From NCBI GenBank assembly GCA_027923505.1, contig BROI01000011.1, positions 62,001 through 126,000 of the forward strand: 64,000 bases of DNA, in the 5' to 3' direction. Shown one piece after another: positions 38,562 to 49,700 of this stretch. Position 1 is the first letter of the stretch, and every line of letters begins with the position of its first letter. The position numbers and the translations under genes are program-made. This DNA is from Mayamaea pseudoterrestris (Eukaryota). The notes below the pieces were generated by a model. That model did not search any database, was not told the origin of the DNA, and worked only from the letters and a program-made list of their open reading frames with translations.

Positions 38562-39311
38562 GGTGAAGCAGCAACTAATATGTGTGGATCGAGAGGTGTG
38601 GTTGCAGTTATGTCTGTGGTGAGCAGCGAGAGAAAGCGACGATTGTCAACGGTGAAACGTCAATTTGTGAGCAGCATTGCAGGAGATGTGCCTCGTATTG
38701 CCATTGCTCGACTGCCACGCCCACGTTCGTAGTTCCACTCATCGACGTGGCGCAAAATGGAGACCAAGGCTGTTGAAATAGGTAATTGTGGAAGCCTTCG
38801 TCAGTGAAATACTTAACAACTTCCACATGTTCTTACTTCCGAGAGCAGGACATTTTGGCTGAGGTGGCGCCGTCAGGTAGCATGCGGAGAGCCACGAAGA
38901 AGTCGGTGAAGCCAAAGCCAAATGGCTCGTTAATCGGGCCATTGAGTATTCAGGATAAAGGAAGCCTCATTAGCCAGCATGACGCCGAATAGATACGATA
39001 TGTGTCATCATCTCGAAACTGTATGCCACCTGTTAGCAGTCACTGGTTTGACACGATCCTTCGCCGCACGTACTTGAAGTTGTTATCCGTTGCGATCTTT
39101 TCAGTCGTGAAAATCATGTACCGGAGTGACATTAAAGTGGACGATTGAACATTGGACCGCAACTGGATTGACCGCTTGGCGTCTCGCAAAAAAACGACTG
39201 CTGCTATCATAGTGGCAGCAGTCGCGCAGGTTCCCAAGCCGACGCACAGTAAACTACTCGTATGTGTAAGCTCAAAATCATCATAGCTAGCTGTGTAATG
39301 TCACTTCAACT

Positions 39312-41140
39312 TTATCTCGACGATGCTCGCAGCGCCATGACAGATTCGGCCGTCATGCAAACAGCAGAAACGGCAATGACAATCCCAATGCTAAACGCAA
39401 TGTACGAATGTCGCTGATACCGTTGCAACAGCAAGGCGATAGCCGACTGTCCCAACAAAGCTGAAACGAAGCCAATCAACAAGCAAGCAATCGCATAGTC
39501 GTGCGAAAGTAGGCCAAACACCATGAAACTAATCGTCGCCGTGCTGCTTGTGAAAAAGATCATGCAGGCCGACGTTGCCGAGGCGACTTGCGGATGGACA
39601 CTGAGGGCGAGTAGCAAGGGACCCATGACCATTCCTCCTCCTGATAGACAAAGAGAAAGAAAAAAGGAATGAGTGAGTGAATGAGTATGAGATTGCATGC
39701 AGTTTAAATTAGCGTCGTTGTCATATCATTCTTTGGCGACTATTGAATTTGACCCGCGAAAGACGCACTGCGTTAACACTCAGTGACATACCAATGCCAA
39801 AAAGCCCTGCCACCAAGCCAGCAACAGTAGCATACAATGGGTACTTGATGGTATTGTGCGTGTCCCATGAAATGTCGGAAACAACCACTGCACCAACACC
39901 AGTGTCGAGTCGACTCAACACGACGCGACGGTTCCACAACACAAAGGCGACGATCAAGACCAAAATTCCAAAATTTGCCGTCCAAAAGCAAGTGGTTCCG
40001 CAGTGTGGCAATGGTTTGACGGATGGAAGTTCGGATGCATCGCTCACTACGTCGGGACTGGCCGACATGCCTTCGCCGAGCGAGCCCTTGGCCAGATTGA
40101 TCACCGTCACCACGGCAAAGAGAGCTGTCAGTTTCAACGCATCGACCCAAACTTGATGCGTATTTTCGGAAACGTTTGGTGTCGACTGTCGGTGCAGCTG
40201 GTTCTTGGTGCTACTTGATGCAGCAGCTGCGCTCGAGCCGGCGGCTCCGTAGCTACCACCACCGCCGCTTCCAATGCCAAGCAGTTTCTGCTGCTCCTGC
40301 ACGCGCAACGCATCCTCGGCGGCTCGCTTGGCCACCGTTTCCTTGTCGTACAGCTTCTTGGCCTTTTGCAGCGTCAGGTACGAGGTCAAGGATAGCAGCG
40401 CTAGTAGTAGAACCACCAAGACGGCTGCTGGAAGTAGCGTATTGAGCATGGCACCTACCAAGGTTCCAGCCATGGTCATTGGCTCTAATAGCAGCAACAA
40501 GTCCCAGTCAATGCATGGTCGTGATGGATGCAGCGGGTGTTTCTTGGGAGCATTGATCAGATTGTTTGCGAGACTAGCTCCGAGAACAGTCACTGCGGTT
40601 AACGGAATGGCAGCCTTGACGTTGAATCGCATCACAAGCGTATAGACGGGAAGTAGAATGCCTGTATAATGCATAAAGGAGGAGAATGAGTTGCAATGGA
40701 TTAGCAAACGTTGCGAATGAGTTCGTGCAGCTCGCTTTTTATACGTAATAATGCAGCCAAGGGACAGCCTCATCGCCTAGGATCTTCCTTCCAAATCTTG
40801 TACTTGATTATATTCTCTCCCGCGCATGTCTCCTCGATTCATTCCACTCCATACCATCATTCGTTACGCTCTACGCACCTCCTCCTCCAATCCCTCCAGC
40901 CGCCGCCACGGCCAAGCCAACAATGGCAACGCCAAACCCGAAATACTCGTGCTGATCCAATGGAAACAGTGGAGGCAGCTTGGCATTGTGCGCATCAAAA
41001 ATGTTTCGCTCCGAGAATGCAGGTGCTTCGTTGCGAATTGGATGCGCCTGATGAGAAACAATCAAGCCGGAGGCAATGAGCGTCACGAGCGCCACGCCCG
41101 AGATCCACGCGAGTCGCTCGCTGGAGAGCAACGGAGGCAT
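39312..41140 (-). CDS. TauE/SafE-family (sulfite exporter-like) membrane protein, 3 exons
   Basis: Repeated AAGGIGGGGILLP and GLFGIGGGMVMGP motifs, RPCIDWDL..LEPMTMAG and HPQVASATSACMIFFTS; introns 40662-40878 and 39641-39791. Confidence 0.88.
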
Positions 41141-41536
41141 GACTACGCGACAATCAAGTGACGATGGTTTAATAATTGAAGCCGTTAGTTTGCAGCAGTC
41201 GATGCTGTCGGCACCTGGCATTGTGTCATCCGTCAGGCTTCGAATGGATGGACGGATCAAGTCGTGCGGAGCGTCATTACCGGTAAGACGCGGTTAAGAG
41301 ATGCTGCGACGTTTCGTCGTGCTATCATTTGCGCGAGGCAGCTACCCATGTTTGCCGTATGTATATCACTTTCTTTTCCTTCAGTTCTAACAAGTACACC
41401 ATCGGCCCTATTCATAGTGTCTACAAGTACATGAAGGTGTAGAAAGGGTCAAAGATAGGATCATTTACAGTATTATTGTAAACAAAATGACGCGCGGCTC
41501 AATCTCAATGCAATGCGTCGCATGAGAGATCCAAAT

Positions 41537-42450
41537 TTAAAACTGCGAGGTAACCGTATCAACATGGTCCGCCACCATGCCAAGGTTGACAAGAATCTCC
41601 TTTTCGTTCACTAATTCTTGCGCAACAATGCCAGCAGCGCCAAGCATGGCCAAGCGTCCATTCTGGAGCTCCTTGGTTTGCATTTCAGCAAATTCGGCGG
41701 GGTCGGTGGGCTTGAGTCCAAACGGGTCAAAGCCAACATCACCGGGGTAGTAGTCGGGGTTGAGGAACTTGCCCGAGTCCATGGCGTTGCTGGGAGCTCT
41801 CCATCCGCGGAGCGCGCGGTTCAATTCAAGCGTTCCAATGGTAATGGCGAGAATTTCAAAGAAGAATGGCGCGGCGGTGCGAACGACATCGAGGTGGCGG
41901 ATGGAGGGACCAATGTCGCGGGCGGCGCTTCCAAAGAGTGGATGAAACTTGAGTGGCTGCTCCGTCACAAGCATGCCAACGGTGGCAAGCATGGCGACAC
42001 GTCCATGCTGGAGCTCGGCCTCGCGGTACTCCTTCATCTTTTCGAGGCTGGCCGATTGGGCAAATCCAAGGGGATCAAAACCTTCCGGAATGGGGTCAAT
42101 GGCGCCTGGAAGACCATAGGCAAACGCATTGTCATCGGGTGACCATCCGTTCATGGACTTGGCAGAGTCGAGCTGCAAGTTGGTCTGGCCCTGCATGTTT
42201 TTGGTGCAGCGAAAAGACGTGGTGAGTACTGGTGCAAAACGAAACATTCCCTCCATCGTGGGTCTAGTGAACAGCTCGCAGTCATGAACAGTCGAAAGAT
42301 CCTTGTAGATTCCATGGATCATTTGTTTCATTTATCATTTTCACAATCGGCAGTCGCTGCGCCGCGACACGCAACAGATTGACTTACATTCTTGGACGGA
42401 GCAAAGGCAGCCGCAGAGGCAAGGAGGGAGGCGGCAAGAGCGAGCTTCAT
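41537..42450 (-). CDS. LHCX: Fucoxanthin-chlorophyll binding protein, Lhcx (LI818/LHCSR-like) subfamily
   Basis: Exon 1 MKLALAASLLASAAAFAPSKN (ASAFAP presequence), then FDPLGF, REAELQHGRVAMLA, GPSIRHL, YPGDVGFDPFGLKP and QTKELQNGRLAML. Intron about 42191-42387. Confidence 0.9.
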
Positions 42451-42630
42451 GGTTGTAGAGATGCAAATGTATGTTAAACGATCAAGTTTGTAGATTGTGA
42501 GAGGAGAAAATCGATCGGAAGATTTTGCTCGAGAGAGATCGGATCTTTTTCCTCGATTTCCGAACGCAATGGAATTGGTGAACCTTTGACAAAGGCGATG
42601 TGTCATTTTGCGAAAGAAACAAAATGGGAC

Positions 42631-42646
42631 TGACGTGTTGTGACGT
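42631..42646. promoter_or_regulatory. Tandem TGACGT bZIP/aureochrome-type sites upstream of Lhcx
   Basis: TGACGT at 42631 and 42641, about 180-195 bp upstream of the Lhcx ATG. Confidence 0.45.
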
Positions 42647-42788
42647 GGTTTTTAAAGTGGTGCTACGACATCCTTTTTTGTGTGAGAGAAACGCTGCGAC
42701 ATTCTGTCACGCTTGGTGACCATGACCATGGCGGCGCTCGACGCTGGCAAAACATGAATCCAAGCAGTATCGAGTACGGTAACGAAAT

Positions 42789-44573
42789 ATGCTAATGCCC
42801 CTGTTTCCATCGACGACAGCAGCAGCATCTCGTTCCATTCAAGGCCCATTATCTCGACGAGCCGGACAGCAGCAATCACATGGCAGCAGCAAGAAGAATA
42901 ATGAAGCTTGCTCGCCATGGAACAATCGACTCGTCAAGTGCAGCATCGGTGCCAGTCTATTGATTTGCATGGCAGCAAATGTATGGCTGTTTGCAAATGT
43001 TGGACGTAATAGCAGCAAGGAGACAACGAGAATAAAGGCCAAGCAGCAAAGTGAATTGACATCAGGTGCTTCCTCGTCGTCGTGCCGACTCCGAGAGTAT
43101 CCATCACATCGCTATTATCACTGGAGTCGCGAACTTTCGGACAAGTCGAAGCATCCTTCCTTCTTGACAGATTCCGAATACATTTACGGAGAATGGCCGA
43201 AAATACTTGACATGATTTCTCCCCCGCAAAAGCTTTGCGTCGATCAGTCCGACTGGCTGCCAAAAGATGCATCATCATCGAGAGTAAGCACCGTCAATAC
43301 ACTTCCATTCGCCGATGGCACCAATCCAAGCATTGTATCCATGCAGCGACTGCTACAATACGCTCCAAGTGTACACGAAACGATTCATAAACTACATCCA
43401 ACTGCCAAATACATTGCAACCGCCTGCATGACCAATAGTCAATGCACTTGGCCGGAAGCCACGCCGCCGCAGAAACCAATCGTCGTTTTGACCGTTTTCA
43501 TGATTCTTGACGCTTCCTTTCAGTCGCTCCACCAAACGACTATTACATTAGAACGAGATTCCGCCTGGGGCAGGCAGCCGCAACCATTGCAGCAAGTGGA
43601 TCAGCACGCGACGCCAGCGCTGGACGACGCGCGCCTGTTCGTCCACGACCATCAACTATGGATCAGCTACCGGGAAGGTCACGTTTTTGGTTACGAGTCG
43701 CAAGTATTGAATCCAGTGCATTTCAGTGTGGAAGAAACGTTGAGCGTTTACATCAAAACATCCGAAACGACGTCGTTTTGCTGCGGCCGCAACATGGCAC
43801 TCATGCAGGATGCAAATGACGACGACGCCAAGCAATCTTCATCGTCAAGTAGTAGTATCCTGCGAGCACTCACGTGGGTGGATCCAGTCACGGTGGAAGC
43901 GGTAAATACCACGCCGCTGCTGCAGCAACAAAGCAAGCCGAACAAGGGTCGTCGACTACGTGATTTAAAGTTGCACGAGAATGAGACGGCGCTTCGTGAT
44001 GCGTTCATCAATGGCAGCACTACTATGGATGCATATCTGCCACTGCAACTACAAGACCAACCATTCCATCGACGTCTCGCATCCAGTATCAAGAAGAAAA
44101 AGTCTCACATTCACGGCACGAATGCCTTTATGGTTCATTTACCGGACCGCAACGAGTACTTTGGCATTGGGCACTTTCATCGGCCGCCCGATCGCGCGCA
44201 GAATCCGTACGCACGGTTCGGTCACCACTATACGCACTGCTTTTACACCATTACGGACCAACCGCCGTATGTCTTGACAAACTTGAGTCCCGAATTTTTG
44301 CTTCCAGCAGCGGCAGCTAGTGGTGGCAGTCGCAAGGAGCTAAATGCGGCGGAAATGATTCAGTTCCTGAGCGGCCTCGAGATTGTCGACAGCAAGAGCT
44401 CGAGCGAAAAGGACCGCGTCGTTGTGATTGCCTATGGCATCAATGACTGCGAGGCTGCCGTGACAACCTTGCCGTGGCAAACGGTGGTGTCGCTCATGCG
44501 GCCGGTTCGTCAAAATGCTGCTGCTGCTGCTGCTTTACAGGTAGTGGATTACATGCAGCCACTGCGACCATAA
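42789..44573 (+). CDS. Type II membrane protein with predicted five-bladed beta-propeller glycan-enzyme-like domain, paralog A
   Basis: N-terminal TM; GTNPSI, LDDARLF, YFGIGHFH, HYTHCFYTI..PPY, IQFLSGL and IAYGINDC recall GH130/GT91/GT108-like propellers. Confidence 0.7.
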   Translation: MLMPLFPSTTAAASRSIQGPLSRRAGQQQSHGSSKKNNEACSPWNNRLVKCSIGASLLICMAANVWLFANVGRNSSKETTRIKAKQQSELTSGASSSSCRLREYPSHRYYHWSRELSDKSKHPSFLTDSEYIYGEWPKILDMISPPQKLCVDQSDWLPKDASSSRVSTVNTLPFADGTNPSIVSMQRLLQYAPSVHETIHKLHPTAKYIATACMTNSQCTWPEATPPQKPIVVLTVFMILDASFQSLHQTTITLERDSAWGRQPQPLQQVDQHATPALDDARLFVHDHQLWISYREGHVFGYESQVLNPVHFSVEETLSVYIKTSETTSFCCGRNMALMQDANDDDAKQSSSSSSSILRALTWVDPVTVEAVNTTPLLQQQSKPNKGRRLRDLKLHENETALRDAFINGSTTMDAYLPLQLQDQPFHRRLASSIKKKKSHIHGTNAFMVHLPDRNEYFGIGHFHRPPDRAQNPYARFGHHYTHCFYTITDQPPYVLTNLSPEFLLPAAAASGGSRKELNAAEMIQFLSGLEIVDSKSSSEKDRVVVIAYGINDCEAAVTTLPWQTVVSLMRPVRQNAAAAAALQVVDYMQPLRP

Positions 44574-44793
44574 ACTTCTACCAGGTGTCTTTTTGCTTTT
44601 CATCATTTGTTTAAGTATGTAGAGTACTTGCTAACATGGTAGAAGATGCTACTCGTATTGCTCTTTCTACGGTACAAGTACAAGCTACGTACGACTAAAA
44701 GTACGCCGGCCTTCGTCCAGTAACGATGCGACGGCATTAGCGAGCATGCGACCGATATCATTTTTCCATGTTCCAGTGTCATGATGAATCTCG

Positions 44794-46695
44794 ATGCATT
44801 TTGAGGCACTGCATCAAGCAAGTATTAATATGCACGCAATCATTCAGTTGCTCCTGCGCATCATGCCATCATCCGTTGCTACCGGTAGTGCTCGTCCCGT
44901 GAGTGGGCCGCTGAGTATCAATACTCGTAGTGCCAGTCGTCGTCGTCGCTACCTTGGAACGAGTCAGCAGCCCTTGCGATGGACGCGACAAAACTATATT
45001 CTCATGGGGACTCTCAGTTTGATGGGGCTATTTGTATTTGGAAGTTTTGCAGTGGATATTGTGGGTTTTTATATCGAAAGTTATCGGATTGGAAACTCTC
45101 ATGTGGAGCGTGACAATCAACGTACACAATACTTGAAAAAGGTACAAGAAGAAAGGGAGCAAAGCGAAGCGGCGAATGCACGTTTCCAAGCCTACGATCC
45201 TTGCTCGTTTCGAAACTATTCCTTGCATCGTTACTACGATTGGGTGCCAAACTACACGATTCTTAATCCAGTCAGCAAATGGTGGCTACCAAGACATGCA
45301 GAGTTTCTAATGGTGACTGACTACTTGTTTCGAAAGTGGCCGAAAATGTTACGAGATACGAGTCCTCCGCGCAAGCTATGTATTGATCAGTCCGCATGGC
45401 GTCATGAACGTAAATATACACGTACAGCAGCAGCTGGTTCTCGAGTGGAGTTTTTCACTCCAGTTTCGGATGGAACCAATCCGAGTATCATTTCGCGGCG
45501 CCGGCTGGAGCAATACGCTTTCAATCATACAGCGTTTCTGTGGGCCAAGTTTCCAAGTGCAGCCTACCTTGCGACGGTGACGCTACCGGTGAATGGACAA
45601 TGTATTTGGCCCGCCGCGCCGATGAACAATGAGACAATGGCTGTCAACCAACGGCGCGATTTGTTTCGAACAATATTGTTGGTGTTGAATGATTCGTTTC
45701 AGCGCTTGGAGGAATGGACCATTGCTTTAGTACCAGACACAACATGGGGACGCCTACCGACGGGCCACCGTATTCAGGAAACGGAAAATAATTGCATCGA
45801 AGCTTGTCAGTACACTGGCGTTTCTTATTGGCATGGGACCACGCCGTTGATGGAACATGTCCAACTGTTCATTCATAATGAGCGATTGTGGATCACGTAC
45901 CGTAACTCGTCCATGTTCAATCCCGACGCGCAAGCGATCAATCCCTTGCACTGGCGTGGAGAAGTCGGAGTGGAAATCAAGGCGTCGGAGACGGCTACAT
46001 TTTGTTGTGGGCGAAACATGGCGTTGCTGCAGCACTTTAAACGTGCATCATCAGAGCCGCCGCTGTCGTCGTCGCCGCCACTTTGGGCCTTGACTTCGGT
46101 TGATCCAGTCACTGTGGAACAAGTGGATACGACGCCACTTTCAAATCGGACCAGAAGCAAGTGGCAACGACGACGACGATTGCAACAGAAAGCCTCTATT
46201 GAGTTTGCACGTTCCAATAAATCACCCATGCGCGGCACCACAGGCTTCATGGTTCACTTGCCGGACCGACGCGAATACTTGGGCATTGGCCACATGCATA
46301 GACCATTTTCCGAAAACGAAGGACCGAATCAATACGCATGCGGCGGACATCATTTCACGCATGCCTTTTTTACCATTTCGGATGAGCCGCCGTATAAATT
46401 GACGAGTCTGAGTGTCGAGTTTATGCTGCCAGCCGCAGTGGACAACAACAAAACGTTTAACGCGGAAGTGATCCAATATTGGAGCGGTCTGGAAGTGGTT
46501 GAAGCTGATGAGAAGGAACGTATGGTTGTAATTGCATATGGCTTGAACGCATGCGAGTCGGCTATTACGACGTTGCCGTGGTCAAAGGTGGAATCTGTGC
46601 TGCATCCAGTCAACGACAAAGAGGATGGAAGTGCGGACGCCAAGCAAATAGTTGATTTCATGGCGCAATTTGCATTTCCACACGGTACTGGTTGA
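44794..46695 (+). CDS. Type II membrane beta-propeller protein, paralog B (start may be the ATG at 44863)
   Basis: Collinear with paralog A (KLCIDQS, DGTNPSI, FCCGRNMAL, VDPVTVE, GFMVHLPDR, IAYGLN). Confidence 0.7.
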   Translation: MHFEALHQASINMHAIIQLLLRIMPSSVATGSARPVSGPLSINTRSASRRRRYLGTSQQPLRWTRQNYILMGTLSLMGLFVFGSFAVDIVGFYIESYRIGNSHVERDNQRTQYLKKVQEEREQSEAANARFQAYDPCSFRNYSLHRYYDWVPNYTILNPVSKWWLPRHAEFLMVTDYLFRKWPKMLRDTSPPRKLCIDQSAWRHERKYTRTAAAGSRVEFFTPVSDGTNPSIISRRRLEQYAFNHTAFLWAKFPSAAYLATVTLPVNGQCIWPAAPMNNETMAVNQRRDLFRTILLVLNDSFQRLEEWTIALVPDTTWGRLPTGHRIQETENNCIEACQYTGVSYWHGTTPLMEHVQLFIHNERLWITYRNSSMFNPDAQAINPLHWRGEVGVEIKASETATFCCGRNMALLQHFKRASSEPPLSSSPPLWALTSVDPVTVEQVDTTPLSNRTRSKWQRRRRLQQKASIEFARSNKSPMRGTTGFMVHLPDRREYLGIGHMHRPFSENEGPNQYACGGHHFTHAFFTISDEPPYKLTSLSVEFMLPAAVDNNKTFNAEVIQYWSGLEVVEADEKERMVVIAYGLNACESAITTLPWSKVESVLHPVNDKEDGSADAKQIVDFMAQFAFPHGTG

Positions 46696-46759
46696 TAAAA
46701 GTTTTGATAAGCATTTATAAATAGTGGAGGCAGCAACTGCTGCCGATCACCGTCTTACT

Positions 46760-49700
46760 TTACACAATGTCAACGTATGAACCCGTTTCTGTAGCTCGGC
46801 TCTCGCGCGATGCAATGCTGCTCGTATCGTAAGAATACACACGACTTGCCGGAGCGCCTTGCCAAATCGTATCCGCTTCTATAACCTCTCCTGTCATGGC
46901 CAGACTCTTTTCCAGGAGCATGGCTCCCGATTCGACAGTCACACCTTGCTGTACCCGAGAGCCAGTCCGCAACGTGACATTGTTCTCCAGCTTGATAGGC
47001 ACCAGCTCAAAGTTACCCCGCGTGTTCAAGTGACAGACAACCGACGAGCAGTCTACGACGCAGCGGTCGCCCATAACGACCATATCAATTTCGGGTGGAA
47101 ATGGATCCGCTCCTGCTGGATAGAGACAACAATCATCTCCGAGTTTGCCTCCCATCATGCGAAAAAGTGTGGCAAGATACGGTGTGCCGGCAATAAAGTC
47201 GAGAAAGTTGACCTTGCCACTTTGGCGGACCTTTGATACAATCTGGTAGCACTCCCAATTTTGGGCGTATGGGTCTTCATGGTAATTGTATCGACCTTCC
47301 TTTCGCGTGCCCATGAATGCCCACTTGGCGCCAATCTCCACCAGAAGCCACATTGCGACGCGGATGCAATGCGTGAAGCAAAAGGCAATGAGCATGACAG
47401 TATATACCTCTGAAAAGGTTACGTAGTCGCGCTGGTAAACGCGACCTTGTATAGCTCCGTACCAATAAAAGGCACTCAAGTGTAGCGCTCCGAGCATTGA
47501 AAAGCAATCTAGCGCAGCGATGATGCTCTTGGTAACAAGAGTGAACGAGATAATGAGTGGCAGTGGCCAAACAAAGTAGTTGGCTTCTCTCTGATAGAAG
47601 GCCTTTCCAAAGGGACGTAAGGTCGAGTCGTCGCCAGTCATTTGCAGCATCTCAACTTTGACATCAGCAGCAAGGACAGGTCCGTCATAGTCTTCAGCGC
47701 CCCTCTCAAGCATTACAGGTTCGCCGCTCTTGGCTCCAAACGAAACACTCGCTTCGGGTAGATACCTCCCTGCCGGACATAGTGTATTAGATCCAAGCAC
47801 GGCGTTTTTGCCGATTATTGAACCAGGGAGGACAACAGTATTATCCGACACGTTAGCTCCCGCACAAAAGACGATTTTCTCCGCTGAGTCAGTCGTTGTT
47901 GCGAGTATTGTCGACCGGGAACCAAATACAACATCGTCACCAATCTCCAAAAGGTCGAATTCGCCAGAGAATATTGGCTGATGGCCTGGCCAAAAGACTC
48001 GCTTTCCGACTTTGGCGCCAAGCGCGCGGTAAAGACAGCTGACAAGCTCATAATGCCGGCCGACAAGCTCCGTGTAATCCTGCATTCGTTCTCTTGTGAA
48101 CAGATCTTGAGCAAGTTTGTGGCGAACAAGTTGCCATTGGGAACATGTATCACGTGGACCAGGTTGGAATTTGCCAATGACTAGCCGTTTGACCAAGACT
48201 GCGGCTAACATGTACATGAACGGTGCAGCAATGGCACGAGCCACTCGAATTCCAATGTAAAATGGAATGCGACGAGGATCGCAGAGCCACGCCATCAAGT
48301 CGTTAATGCTGTCAAAAGCCTTCCCTTGACGCCACGGCATAGATACCATCCAATACAGAACGTAGAGAGCCGGAAGATGGCTAATTGTATCAACCATGAA
48401 CATGATTGGCCTACAGATGAAGGTCTGCGATATCCAAGTTGGCTCTGGTAGCGCTTGTCGATTGTACTTTGAATGTTTGACGTCATGGCCCGGCTCGATC
48501 AGGGATGCATTAACTTCGTACGAACTCGTCGCTGGACCCAAGTGATGGAAATCTGGAACGGCAGTGTATGGACAAACGACCGACTTTACTCCAACGCTTG
48601 CAAAGTCGCCAACTGCGACTGGCCCAAGCATCATGCAACCATTGTCAACTCCAAAACCTCGAATGGTTGAGTACTCAACCGCCGCTCCTTCTCCAATCGT
48701 CACTAGATCGTACTCGGCAATATCCGACTCCAAACTTATTCGTGCATTCTGTCCGATTGTGGCGCCGCACAACTTGTAGTAAAAGCAAAGCAAGCTTTCC
48801 GTCGAGCCAAAAATGCCGCGTCCAATCAACTTGCGCATCACATCTACAAACCACCATCGTAGGTAAGATTGGCCCCAGATCGGGTAACGGCCAGCTTGAT
48901 ACTTTCCAATTATGGTCCATTTTAATGCCACAAAGACCAGAGGCGTAATTGTGATCCAAAGAAAATGATATGTGATCAAGGTCGCAACAAAAAGAATGAG
49001 ACTGTGAACGCTCGGCACCTTGTACAAAACAAATACCAGCGACCGAAAGAATAGGAAGAATCGAGTCAGCTGCCACACTGGATAGACAACTAATAGAGGA
49101 ATCAGTTGAAACAATGAAGCGAATAGACCAGAAGAATTTTCGAGGCGTGTATGATCAAATGGCTTGCCATGCGGTCGAAACTTTTCGGAGAATATCGTCG
49201 AGACTGCCATAGAAGCAGTGTAGCCGTCGGATGCGTCAGCACGATCTGATCCGTCCACTGACTTTCCTTCTTTTCGCTCGCGAACAATCTTGGCAATCGC
49301 GATGCAGTTTGTATGGTGGAAGACTTCAGAGCCTCCGAACGACACGTTGTGAATCTTACGGACCTTGCTTGCAAGCTGTGATGCCAGCATGGACGACCCT
49401 CCGACGTTGAAAAAATTGGTTGTCCTGTACAGCACAGGGAAACAGTGAGATCACTAGAGCCATCTTGTAGCTTCCTCAACAATTTTACGGCAACAACTTA
49501 CGGTGCGGGCAAACAATCAAGGTCTAATAATTCCTGCATCAGCTCTTGCAACGAGCTCACAAGCGGATCAGTCGGTCCAACACCAAACAATTTCTCTTCT
49601 TGTTCAATCGACCCAACTGCGTCGCAAGATTGCGGCGGTGGTAGTTCCTGATCCGGTTGGCGCAGGGTACAAACATGACTTGGAACGGCGAACGCATCCA

